DNA of 64,000 nt, taken from contig JBBRNT010000002.1 in NCBI GenBank assembly GCA_038230095.1, positions 101,341 to 165,340 of the forward strand, given 5' to 3'. The position numbers and the translations under genes are program-made. A model generated the notes under the pieces. That model had not been told where the DNA came from. It searched no databases and saw only the letters and a list, made by a program, of their open reading frames with translations. Below are positions 1 to 8,772 of this stretch, in pieces (position 1 is the first letter of the stretch; every line of letters starts with the position of its first letter). Source of the stretch: Candidatus Saccharimonadia bacterium. Its GTDB lineage: Bacteria > Patescibacteriota > Saccharimonadia > UBA4664 > JBBRNT01.

Positions 1-507
1 CGGACCGACTACGATCTGCAGGCCCATATGAAGGGCAGTGGCAAGGATCTAAGCTACTTCGATGAGGCTACCAAGACGCGCTACGTGCCGTTTGTGATTG
101 AGCCCTCCGTGGGCGTCGGGCGGCTTATGTTGGCACTTATGCACAATGCCTACACCGAGGAGCAGGTGAATGACGAGACGCGGGTGGTGTTGAAGTTCCA
201 TCCCGACATTGCCCCCGTGAAGGTGGCGGTGCTACCACTGTCCAAGAACGAGACGCTAACGCCGCTAGCCCGCCAGGTCTGGGAGCAGCTGACAGGGGAG
301 TACCGCACCGAGTACGACGAGACGCAGTCTATTGGCCGGCGCTACCGTCGACAGGATGAGATTGGTACGCCGTTGTGCGTGACCGTCGACTTTGACTCAC
401 TGGAAGATACGTCAGTCACTATCCGTCACCGCGACACCATGAAGCAAGAGCGGGTGAAGATAAAAGACCTGAACAAGGCTATTGCTAAGCAGCTGGCAAG
501 CTTCTAG
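1..507 (+). CDS. glyS: Glycine-tRNA ligase (alpha2 type), C-terminal part, truncated at window start
   Basis: Open frame from base 1 (RTDYDLQAH...); motif 3 VIEPSVGVGR and anticodon-binding domain SIGRRYRRQDEIGTP. Confidence 0.95.
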   Translation, partial: RTDYDLQAHMKGSGKDLSYFDEATKTRYVPFVIEPSVGVGRLMLALMHNAYTEEQVNDETRVVLKFHPDIAPVKVAVLPLSKNETLTPLARQVWEQLTGEYRTEYDETQSIGRRYRRQDEIGTPLCVTVDFDSLEDTSVTIRHRDTMKQERVKIKDLNKAIAKQLASF

Positions 508-614
508 CCAGAAGCGGATCGTGCTGTCGGCGCCATGGTGATACCCGTAGAGGCCAGGCGCGCCCACGAGGGTGTCCGGAAGCTACATGCGCAGATTCAG
601 GGCATTAGACAGAC

Positions 615-1052
615 CTAGAGCGGGCACATAATATAGTCGATCGAGGAATTGGGCTGATTGTACCTAATAGGGCCCGGATTGCAGACGGGTGGCCTAACTG
701 GGTGTGGTAAAGGATCTGGAGCGGGGCTTGGGTCTGGGGCTGGTGCCGGACTGGGGTCTGGTGCCGGCTGTGGAACCGGGGCGGGGCTCGGTGTCGGGGC
801 TGCTACCGGTGCAGGCGCCTGCAGCGGACTAGCCACAGGGGTGGTAGGCTCTAGGGCGGCGGGTGATGGGTGCTCCAGAGTGGCTGAGGTATTGGTGAGG
901 GCCGGCTGGGCCGAGGCTGCTTGCGGCTGGCTAAGCGGTGCGGGTGGGGTAGTGGGGGCGGCCGGTAGCTTGGCGTACTCCCCGCGTACGGCAAAGGCCG
1001 CTCCGGTAATAAGCAACAGGCTCGCAACTACTTTGACAGGCATCCACTTCAT
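615..1052 (-). CDS. Hypothetical exported Pro-rich protein
   Basis: N-terminal signal/TM segment, PA/PD-rich linker, two C-terminal Cys; TAATCT -10-like hexamer 6 nt before ATG. Confidence 0.65.
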   Translation of the reverse strand: MKWMPVKVVASLLLITGAAFAVRGEYAKLPAAPTTPPAPLSQPQAASAQPALTNTSATLEHPSPAALEPTTPVASPLQAPAPVAAPTPSPAPVPQPAPDPSPAPAPDPSPAPDPLPHPVRPPVCNPGPIRYNQPNSSIDYIMCPL

Positions 1053-1134
1053 GCCGCCAGATTACGCCCAGATGGTCGCTGGGTCAAGCATAAGTCCTTC
1101 GGTAGTCTTCGCATGGCGGGATTTAAAAAAGCTC

Positions 1135-1163
1135 TTGTGTATTCGGTTTTCGTTCGGTATGAT
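1135..1163 (+). promoter_or_regulatory. Sigma70-like promoter with a TTCGG-N6-TTCGG direct repeat in its spacer
   Basis: TTGTGT(1135-1140)-17 bp-TATGAT(1158-1163); TTCGG at 1142-1146 and 1153-1157. Confidence 0.55.
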
Positions 1164-1265
1164 CGAATTGTGGTAAGGCAATGAGCGGCGGAGTTATGTG
1201 GATAAGTCACTGACGGCCACCTTGCCAATCCAAAACTTCTATTTGCGGGCTGCAAATAGTACCAG

Positions 1266-1295
1266 AATAACGGCTTGATAGAGCCGTTATTTTTG
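1266..1295 (+). terminator. Intrinsic terminator-like hairpin
   Basis: AATAACGGCT-TGATAG-AGCCGTTATT followed by a T run. Confidence 0.6.
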
Positions 1296-1318
1296 TTCAG
1301 CATAAGAACTATGAAGAA

Positions 1319-1373
1319 GTGGGTGAAAAGTACAATAAAACACTTGCGTGTGGGTAGAAGTGGGTAGTATAGT
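1319..1373 (+). promoter_or_regulatory. dcw promoter with MraZ-binding GTGGG repeats
   Basis: GTGGG at 1319, 1350 and 1360 (the last two 10 bp apart) overlapping TTGCGT(1344-1349)-18 bp-TATAGT(1368-1373); GTGGG-N5 repeats upstream of mraZ are the established MraZ operator. Confidence 0.75.
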
Positions 1374-1412
1374 AGCTGCAGTGAGAGGGTTAAAACAAAA
1401 AAACAACCTAAG

Positions 1413-1775
1413 GTGACAATGAAAACGGACTACTTCGAACGCAAACTAGATGACAAAAACCGGCTGACAATACCAGCTGAACTTCGTCTCGAGTTCGAGA
1501 GTGGCATCATCATCACCCGCGGTTTTAAAAACTATCTCCACTGTTACACCGAGGCCGTCTGGCAGGACAAAATGGAACCTGCATTATCTGGCGACATTCT
1601 CGATGAACGCACCGCAGACCTCAATGTTCAGTTCCGCACCGGCAAAGTAGCGACGCAAATGGACCAGAAGCAAGGACGCATCACCCTTGAGCAACACTTG
1701 CTTGACTACGCCGGTATAGACAAAGACATTGTGGCCGTCCGAGCCGGCGACTACTGGCGCATTAGCGCAAAGTAG
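1413..1775 (+). CDS. mraZ: Division/cell wall cluster transcriptional repressor MraZ
   Basis: LDDKNRLTIP and MDQKQGRI SpoVT/AbrB repeats; first gene of the dcw cluster; start GTG 1413 or ATG 1419. Confidence 0.93.
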   Translation: MTMKTDYFERKLDDKNRLTIPAELRLEFESGIIITRGFKNYLHCYTEAVWQDKMEPALSGDILDERTADLNVQFRTGKVATQMDQKQGRITLEQHLLDYAGIDKDIVAVRAGDYWRISAK

Positions 1776-2074
1776 CGCTACCAGCACATTTACAATTAGG
1801 CCGATTACTTTCAAACAAGCATTTCGATTTCAGCTATTTGGCAGTCAGCAACGCGGTTTTAGAAGTCCGCGCAACAAAGCTTTAGTACCTTTGTCACAAA
1901 ACTCCACCTCACAAAACGTTTCCTGGCCTTCCCAGACTAGGAACAACTCAAGGAATTATCATCGATAATTCCTTACCACAACACTCTTGCCCCTGAATCT
2001 GTACGAAACAGAGGCAAAAACAACAAAACAAAAATACCCAAACAAAAGCTGGCTGCTAAATAGGTGACCTTGAA

Positions 2075-3019
2075 ATGCAAAACAAAAACCAAAACAAACA
2101 TACACCCGTCCTGCTCGAACAAGTGATTACCATGTTGCACCCTCACCATGGAGATAGCTATTTCGACGGTACGGCTGGATACGGCGGCCATGCACGACAG
2201 ATTGTGGAATATGTCGGGCCTAGCAGTCACGTGGTTTTCGTCGACCAAGACACCGAGGCTATTGCCGCACTTGCGGCTGAGTTTAGCGAGCGAGCAGAGA
2301 TTGTTCACTCCGACTTTACGTCAGCTGCGCGGACCCGGGTGGAAGCGGGTGAGTACTTTCGCCTCGCGTTGCTTGATCTAGGCGTTTCGTCACCACAATT
2401 TGACAATTATGATAGGGGATTTTCGTTCCGGGGTACGGCCCGCTTGGACATGCGTATGGATACTACACAGGATCTAGATGCCTACCAGGTGGTCAATACT
2501 TATAGAGAAGCTGAACTTGCGCGCATTATAGCGGAGTTCGGCGAGGAGCGGCGCGCCAAGGCAATTGCCCGGGCCGTCGTGGCCGCTCGCCCGGTCGAAA
2601 CTACCAAGCAGCTGGCCGATATTGTCCGGAGCGTTGTCCGCTACTCGGGCGACATAGACCCAGCCACGCGGACGTTTCAAGCACTCCGGATCGAGGTCAA
2701 CCATGAGCTCGAGCGGTTGGCAGAGGCGCTACCCCTATTCCTAGACTTGCTAGAACCCGGCGGTCGACTGGCTATAATAAGCTTCCATTCATTGGAAGAT
2801 AGGCTAGTGAAGACCTACTTTGAGCAAGAATCCCGCGACTGTATTTGTCCGCCCAAACAACCGGTTTGTACCTGTACTCACCAGGCCCAAGTGGCCAAAA
2901 TTACCAAAAAACCGATTCTGGGCAAAGACTTTGATGCATCTAACCCGCGTGCTCGTAGCGCTGTGCTACGGGGCGTCGTAAAACTAACACCAAAACAAAA
3001 AGAAGGAGCTGAACTATGA
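2075..3019 (+). CDS. rsmH: 16S rRNA m4C1402 methyltransferase RsmH (MraW)
   Basis: HTPVLL, DGTAGYGGH, DLGVSSPQ, SFHSLEDR, NPRARSA motifs. Confidence 0.97.
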   Translation: MQNKNQNKHTPVLLEQVITMLHPHHGDSYFDGTAGYGGHARQIVEYVGPSSHVVFVDQDTEAIAALAAEFSERAEIVHSDFTSAARTRVEAGEYFRLALLDLGVSSPQFDNYDRGFSFRGTARLDMRMDTTQDLDAYQVVNTYREAELARIIAEFGEERRAKAIARAVVAARPVETTKQLADIVRSVVRYSGDIDPATRTFQALRIEVNHELERLAEALPLFLDLLEPGGRLAIISFHSLEDRLVKTYFEQESRDCICPPKQPVCTCTHQAQVAKITKKPILGKDFDASNPRARSAVLRGVVKLTPKQKEGAEL

Positions 3020-3081
3020 CTGTAGCAGTCAAGAACCTCTCAAGACGCGCCGTCACGGTTAAAGTCCGTGTCGTCCGCTAG
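3016..3081 (+). CDS. Putative 21-aa small protein MTVAVKNLSRRAVTVKVRVVR
   Basis: ATGA overlap with the rsmH stop; AAGGAG at 3003-3008; below the size cutoff of the ORF track. Confidence 0.45.
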   Translation: MTVAVKNLSRRAVTVKVRVVR

Positions 3082-3297
3082 GACCTGACCCCGCCAGGTG
3101 CGACATGCGGCCCGTAAGGGTCCGAGATGAGCGTGCCGCACCTGGCACCCTATGAATTCGTATCGAGTATTCAAGTTACAAGTTATGCTGTGGCTATCCT
3201 AGCCACGGCCATTACTTGCTGACCTGACGACTGGACACCAGCCACGCTTCCGCAAAACAAAAACAAAAGTACCCAAAAAACAAACAAGGAACGCCAC

Positions 3298-3618
3298 ATG
3301 TCTACCGCCACAATCGCCATACGGCGCAATCAGCAGCTCATACGCCCGCAAGCAAAACTAAAACTAGGACCCGTCTCAAGCGGCATTATGGTAACGGCTG
3401 TTATCGCCGTACTGGCATTGCTATACTTGAACCAGATAACCAAAACCAGTGTGTTTGGCTATCAGCTGACCGAGCTGCAGACTATGCAGGGCAAGATCTC
3501 TGGCCAACGCCAGGAGCTGGCTGTGGAAGCTGCACGATTGCAGTCTATCCAGCAGGTACAGAGCTCAAACGTAGTGAAAACTATGGTTCCGGAAGGCCCT
3601 GTGTCCTACGCTAAATAA
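3298..3618 (+). CDS. ftsL: Putative cell division protein FtsL
   Basis: Single TM plus coiled coil; canonical position between rsmH and ftsI; AAGGA upstream. Confidence 0.6.
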   Translation: MSTATIAIRRNQQLIRPQAKLKLGPVSSGIMVTAVIAVLALLYLNQITKTSVFGYQLTELQTMQGKISGQRQELAVEAARLQSIQQVQSSNVVKTMVPEGPVSYAK

Positions 3619-3629
3619 ACGGATACTAT

Positions 3630-5372
3630 GTGACCACTTATAGTGAGCAATTATACCAACGGCGGAGGCTGGGGTGGCTGATAGGCGCCCTGGTTCTATT
3701 TGGGTTTATCATTGCCGTCCGCCTTGTGCAGATACAGCTTCTGCAGCACAACTACTATCTGATAAAAGCCGCTAGCATCCACCAACGTAAGTATGAGATA
3801 CCAGCCAAGCGTGGTGAGCTATTCATCCACGACGGCGAGAATACCGCCCCACTTGTGCTAAATGAGACTCTGAAGCTGCTGTACGCCGATCCGACATTTA
3901 TTACCGACAAAGTGAAGACTGCCAGGGCGATTGCCGAAGTATTGGGCGAGTCACCGGAGCGCATCTACGGTCTACTAGGCAAGGGCGGCGAGTATGAGGT
4001 ACTGGCGCGGAGGCTGACTTCAGTCATTTCGGACAAGATTACAGCCTTAAAACTGGCAGGTATAGGCCTGACTGACCAGACCTACCGGGTATACCCCGAA
4101 GGGACGCTGGCGGGGCAGGTGGCTGGGTTTGTGAACGCTGATGGACTTGGGCAGTATGGCATTGAAGAGTTTCTGAACCCGGATCTGGGAGGTACGCCTG
4201 GGCTACTGAAGGCGAAGACTGATACGCGGGGGATCCCAATTGCCACATCCGACAATGTAATTCGCCAGCCCAAGGATGGTAATAGCTACGTACTGACGAT
4301 AGACCGCAATATGCAGGCTCAGGCAGAAAAGTACCTGGCGGCCGGTGTACAGGCGGTGGGAGCACCCTCAGGGAGCGTTATTATTGTGGACCCCTTTACG
4401 GGGGCAGTGAAGGCCATGGCCAACTATCCTAGCTTTGACCCGAATAACTACGGTGCTACGACCGACTACCGGGACTTTGCCAATGCAGTGGTGAGCGACC
4501 AGTTTGAGCCTGGGTCTGGGTTCAAAGTCTTTACCATGTCGACTGGTCTTGACACGGGGAAAGTTAAACCGGATACGGTCTACAACGACACTGGGCTGGA
4601 GCAGATTGGTGGACGGGATATTCGCAATGCCGAAAACCACCAGTTTGGCATACAGACTATGACGGACGTCATCCAGAAATCGCTGAATACTGGTGTCATC
4701 TTCGTCCTGAAGACGCTGGGAGGCGACCCAACCAAGATTACGGCTGCGGGTAAGAAGATATTCTATGACTACATTACCAAGCACTTCGGCTTCGGCCTGC
4801 GGACGGGCATAGAGCAGGCAGGAGAGGCGGCTGGCCAGGTGAACCCGCCATCTACCAATGATGCTACCTATGCCAATATGACGTTCGGCCAGGGTATATC
4901 TGTGACTATGGTCCAGATGGTGGCGGCGGTATCGGCGATTGCCAATGGTGGTAAACTGTACGAGCCATACCTGGTGGACCAGATAATAGGCTCGAATGGT
5001 GCCAAGACCACGGAGAAGCCCAAGCTCATAAATGCTAATGTCATGAGTGCGCAGGCGGCAAACGACATGAGTAAGATGATGATCCAGGTGGTGGAGCATG
5101 GCTCAGGCTACCTGGCCAAGCAGAAAGGCTATCAGATTGCAGGTAAGACTGGGACAGCCCAGATCCCCAAGCCGGATGGCAGCGGCTATATTGACGGAGT
5201 CAACATAGGCTCGTTTGTGGGATTTGCGCCGGTGGACCACCCGCGGTTTGTCATGATGGTTCGGGTGAACCAGCCGAAGGTCTCAGGCTTTGCGGAGTCT
5301 ACGACTGTCCCCATATTTGCAAATATTTCGCAGTGGCTCCTGCGGTACTACGCAGTGCCTCCGAGCAGCTAA
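3630..5372 (+). CDS. ftsI: Class B penicillin-binding protein (FtsI/PBP3 family)
   Basis: N-terminal TM, RG.I dimerisation motif, EPGSGFK (SxxK), SLN, KTGTAQ. Confidence 0.92.
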   Translation: MTTYSEQLYQRRRLGWLIGALVLFGFIIAVRLVQIQLLQHNYYLIKAASIHQRKYEIPAKRGELFIHDGENTAPLVLNETLKLLYADPTFITDKVKTARAIAEVLGESPERIYGLLGKGGEYEVLARRLTSVISDKITALKLAGIGLTDQTYRVYPEGTLAGQVAGFVNADGLGQYGIEEFLNPDLGGTPGLLKAKTDTRGIPIATSDNVIRQPKDGNSYVLTIDRNMQAQAEKYLAAGVQAVGAPSGSVIIVDPFTGAVKAMANYPSFDPNNYGATTDYRDFANAVVSDQFEPGSGFKVFTMSTGLDTGKVKPDTVYNDTGLEQIGGRDIRNAENHQFGIQTMTDVIQKSLNTGVIFVLKTLGGDPTKITAAGKKIFYDYITKHFGFGLRTGIEQAGEAAGQVNPPSTNDATYANMTFGQGISVTMVQMVAAVSAIANGGKLYEPYLVDQIIGSNGAKTTEKPKLINANVMSAQAANDMSKMMIQVVEHGSGYLAKQKGYQIAGKTGTAQIPKPDGSGYIDGVNIGSFVGFAPVDHPRFVMMVRVNQPKVSGFAESTTVPIFANISQWLLRYYAVPPSS

Positions 5373-5415
5373 TTCCCCTCAGCTGATACCAGCTATGCTA
5401 CAATAAAGGAAGATT

Positions 5416-6450
5416 ATGATCCTATTACATCAACAAGAAATCCTGCCGCTGTCGCGCATTTTGGTGCAAGCCGTAATGGCATTTGTCCTAGCTATGCTGG
5501 TGACGCCCATCTATACTCATTTCGCTTTCAAATACAAATGGTGGAAGCAGATGCGCACCGACTCCATAACTGGCGAGAAGGCCCCTATCTACGCTAAACT
5601 ACACGCGGCGAAGCACAAGCGAAACGTGCCGACGATGGGTGGTCTAATGATGATTATCCCGGTGGCGGTTGTAACTATTGCCAGCAACCTAAGCCGTTCG
5701 CAGACACTACTACCTGTGTTCGTACTCATTACGGCCGGTATCGTGGGGCTGTTTGACGACTATCTGAACATTCGTAGTGGCGGCTTGGGTATAGCTGGCA
5801 TGCGCGGCAAGATAAAGTTTAGCCTAATTTTGGGCATCGCCGTCCTGGGCGGACTATACTTCTTCTACAAGCTTGGCTATAGCTCTATCCATATTCCGGC
5901 AGTGGGTAACTTCGAGATTGGCTGGCTGTATATACCGTTGTTTATTGCCGTTGTCGTGTCTACCGCCAATGCAGTGAATATTACCGACGGCCTAGACGGC
6001 CTGTCCGGTGGATTGTCGGTCATGGCCTTCTCGGCTTACGCAATTATTGCCTACTTCCAGGGTAATTACGGTATCGCCGGTTTCTGCATGGCGATCGTGG
6101 GTGCTGCTCTGACCTATGTCTGGTTTAATATATACCCAGCCCGGTTCTTCATGGGAGACAGTGGCTCGTTTGCGCTGGGTACCACGCTTGGCGTTATAGC
6201 CATGCTGACAAATGCTGTGTTTGTGCTGCCAATCATTGGTGCGGTGTTTGTGGCTGAGGCAGCGTCGAGCGCGCTGCAGATATTCTCGAAGCGGGTGTTT
6301 AAACGCAAGATATTCTTGTCGGCGCCGCTGCACCACCATCTGGAGGCAATCGGCTGGCCAGAGACTAAGGTGACTATGCGGTTGTGGGTGGTCGGTGGCG
6401 TCGTAGGCGTGGCGGGGCTGGTACTGGGACTACTTGGGAACCACCGGTAG
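5416..6450 (+). CDS. mraY: Phospho-N-acetylmuramoyl-pentapeptide transferase
   Basis: PTMGG, GLFDD, NAVNITDGLDGL, FMGDSGS, APLHHH; extended -10 TGCTACAAT at 5396-5404. Confidence 0.96.
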   Translation: MILLHQQEILPLSRILVQAVMAFVLAMLVTPIYTHFAFKYKWWKQMRTDSITGEKAPIYAKLHAAKHKRNVPTMGGLMMIIPVAVVTIASNLSRSQTLLPVFVLITAGIVGLFDDYLNIRSGGLGIAGMRGKIKFSLILGIAVLGGLYFFYKLGYSSIHIPAVGNFEIGWLYIPLFIAVVVSTANAVNITDGLDGLSGGLSVMAFSAYAIIAYFQGNYGIAGFCMAIVGAALTYVWFNIYPARFFMGDSGSFALGTTLGVIAMLTNAVFVLPIIGAVFVAEAASSALQIFSKRVFKRKIFLSAPLHHHLEAIGWPETKVTMRLWVVGGVVGVAGLVLGLLGNHR

Positions 6451-7667
6451 TGGCTGGCGGAGGGCAAACGCAGGCCCGGGCGCACCGGGCCGACTATAGC
6501 TTGGTGCTTATTACCTTTGCCTTGCTGACCTTTGGTCTGGTTGTCATGTACTCGATTAGCCCTATCCAGAGCCAGAAACTGCTTGGAAGTACGGTGAGCA
6601 ATTTCTACTTCTTCCGTCATCTAGAGTACGCTCTGGTGGGCCTGGTGGGTTGGTTTGTGGCAAGCCGTATCCACTACACCAGGTGGCGCAGCTGGGCCTC
6701 TGGGCTGATGGTGATTGCTGTGGTAGCACTCCTCGTACTGCTTATACCTGGGCTTAGCCTCTCACAATTGGGTGCAACGCGCTGGCTCAAGCTGGGGCCG
6801 CTATCGTTCCAGCCGGCCGAGCTGATGAAGCTAGCACTTATTATTTACTTGGGTCGGTGGCTTACCGATGAGCGACGCAGCATTACCTCGGTGACCGAGA
6901 CTATTGTGCCGTTTGCGCTTATTCTGGGCTTTGTCACAGTAGTGGTGGTGGTTCTGCAACGCGACATGGGCACCATGTCCGTACTGGCTGGATCTGCTAT
7001 CGGCATGCTCTATGTGGCAGGAGTGCGTCCGGTCCATCTAGCTGGGCTCATTGCAGGCTTTGGCCTGGCTGCCTGGGGCTTTATTGCCGCTTTTCCGCAC
7101 CGGGTAGAGCGCATCTTGGCCTATCTGAACCCGAATAGTGATACTAGTAGTGTCAGCTACCACATTTCCCAAGCCCTGATTGCCGTGGGCTCAGGCGGCC
7201 TGTTTGGCGTAGGACTGGGTAAGAGCATCCAGGTGTATGGCTACTTGCCAGAAGCCCCCAACGACTCTATTTTTGCAATTATTGGTGAGGAGTTTGGACT
7301 GATCGGAGCGTTGATCCTGATTGGGCTTATGGGCTACCTCATATACCGTGCGCTGATGGTGGCCAAAAACGCACCCGATAACTTTGGCCGTCTGGTAGCC
7401 ACCGGGATTGCGCTCTGGCTTATGTTCCAAACAGTGGTAAACGTTGGGGCCATGGTGGCGCTCATACCGTTGACGGGCATCCCATTACCGTTTATTAGCT
7501 TTGGTGGTTCTAGCTTGATCATGACGCTATTTGCCATGGGCATACTGGTTAATATATCTAAGTACACCGTAGGAGAGGAATCGCATGCGAGTCGTCGTGA
7601 GCGGCGGGGGGACGGGCGGTCATATTTCGCCCATTCTGGCCGTCGTCAGCCAGCTGAAAACGCTTGA
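6450..7667 (+). CDS. ftsW: SEDS peptidoglycan glycosyltransferase FtsW
   Basis: GATRWL, FQPAELMK, LPEAPNDSIF, GIPLPFISFGGSS; GTG start at 6450 overlapping the mraY stop preferred over 6384. Confidence 0.93.
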   Translation: MAGGGQTQARAHRADYSLVLITFALLTFGLVVMYSISPIQSQKLLGSTVSNFYFFRHLEYALVGLVGWFVASRIHYTRWRSWASGLMVIAVVALLVLLIPGLSLSQLGATRWLKLGPLSFQPAELMKLALIIYLGRWLTDERRSITSVTETIVPFALILGFVTVVVVVLQRDMGTMSVLAGSAIGMLYVAGVRPVHLAGLIAGFGLAAWGFIAAFPHRVERILAYLNPNSDTSSVSYHISQALIAVGSGGLFGVGLGKSIQVYGYLPEAPNDSIFAIIGEEFGLIGALILIGLMGYLIYRALMVAKNAPDNFGRLVATGIALWLMFQTVVNVGAMVALIPLTGIPLPFISFGGSSLIMTLFAMGILVNISKYTVGEESHASRRERRGDGRSYFAHSGRRQPAENA

Positions 7668-8772
7668 TCCTAGCGTAGAGGTTCTCTACATTGGGACCAA
7701 TGCGGGTATGGAAGCCAAGATCGTGCAGTCTATCGGGCTGGATTTTGCAGGCATTAAGGCTGGCAAGTTCCGGCGTTATCATGGTGCTAAGCTACGACAC
7801 ATTATTACAGACTTGTCAACATTTGCTTTGAATATTCGGGATATGGGTAGGGTAGTTGCAGGGTTTGGTGATGCGCTAAAGGTACTCCGAAGATTCAGAC
7901 CCGATGTGGTGTTTATCCGTGGGGGATACGTGAGCGTACCGGTGGGGCTAGCGGCCCGGTTACTGCGCATACCGTATGTCATCCACGAGTCCGACACCGT
8001 CACCAGCCTGACAAGCAAGATCCTCGCCAGTGGGGCCCGGAAGATAGCCGTGAGCTGGCCAGTGAGCCGCTTTCCCCAGTGGCCGGCCGACAAGCTGGTA
8101 TATACTGGTATTCCAATACGTACGGACGTACTTACCGCGCACCGACTGGCTGGCCTTGCCGAGTTTAAGCTAGCAGACAACCTCCCCGTACTGCTGGTTA
8201 CCGGGGGCAGCTCCGGGGCACGGGCTATCAATGACGCTACCCAGGCGGCGCTACCGACCCTTCTGGAGTTCTGCCAAGTCCTGCACGTCGCTGGGGAGCG
8301 TGATATTGCCGATATGCGGGCGGCCTGCACGACCATGGAGCTCGTGTACCCAGAGCGCTATAGCCTACATGGACACCTGTCTGACAAGTGGGGCTTGGCG
8401 CTGGCCGCGAGCGATGTAGTGGTGAGCCGGGCAGGAGCCAATGCTATGGCCGAGCTCGCTATCCTAGGCAAGCCGGCCATTCTCATTCCCGGCGCCCAAC
8501 TTACTGGTGGCCAACAGATTAGCAACGCCCAGGTCTTTAGCCGCGCCGAGGCCGTCCGAGTGCTACCTCAAGACAAGCTGACCGGTAAGGTGCTGGCGGC
8601 AGAGGTAAAGCGGCTCCTTGACAGCCCTGTGGATATGCAGCGGATGGGCGTGGCTATAGGCCAGTTTGCCAAGCCGAATGCGGCCCATGAGCTAGCGGTA
8701 CTGGTGCTAGCCAGTGGCCAGGCCCAAAATGGGGACCAGGCTGCATCTGATGGACAGGACGGGAGTCGGTGA
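7585..8772 (+). CDS. murG: MurG N-acetylglucosamine transferase
   Basis: GGGTGGHISP, GGYVS, IHESD, TGGSSGA, SRAGA. Confidence 0.96.
   Translation: MRVVVSGGGTGGHISPILAVVSQLKTLDPSVEVLYIGTNAGMEAKIVQSIGLDFAGIKAGKFRRYHGAKLRHIITDLSTFALNIRDMGRVVAGFGDALKVLRRFRPDVVFIRGGYVSVPVGLAARLLRIPYVIHESDTVTSLTSKILASGARKIAVSWPVSRFPQWPADKLVYTGIPIRTDVLTAHRLAGLAEFKLADNLPVLLVTGGSSGARAINDATQAALPTLLEFCQVLHVAGERDIADMRAACTTMELVYPERYSLHGHLSDKWGLALAASDVVVSRAGANAMAELAILGKPAILIPGAQLTGGQQISNAQVFSRAEAVRVLPQDKLTGKVLAAEVKRLLDSPVDMQRMGVAIGQFAKPNAAHELAVLVLASGQAQNGDQAASDGQDGSR

Noticed and set aside
658-1176. 172-aa Gly-rich ORF on the plus strand
   Set aside because: Antisense shadow of the Pro-rich gene 615-1052; the same applies to the Gly-rich ORFs at 26000, 40321, 40870 and 47843
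1197-1205. DnaA box as evidence of oriC
   Set aside because: Only one perfect box, no dnaA/dnaN nearby, and the plus strand looks G-rich throughout with no visible skew switch
7585-7667. 83-bp ftsW/murG overlap as a frameshift
   Set aside because: Both proteins have complete motifs; the overlap is only a non-conserved FtsW tail
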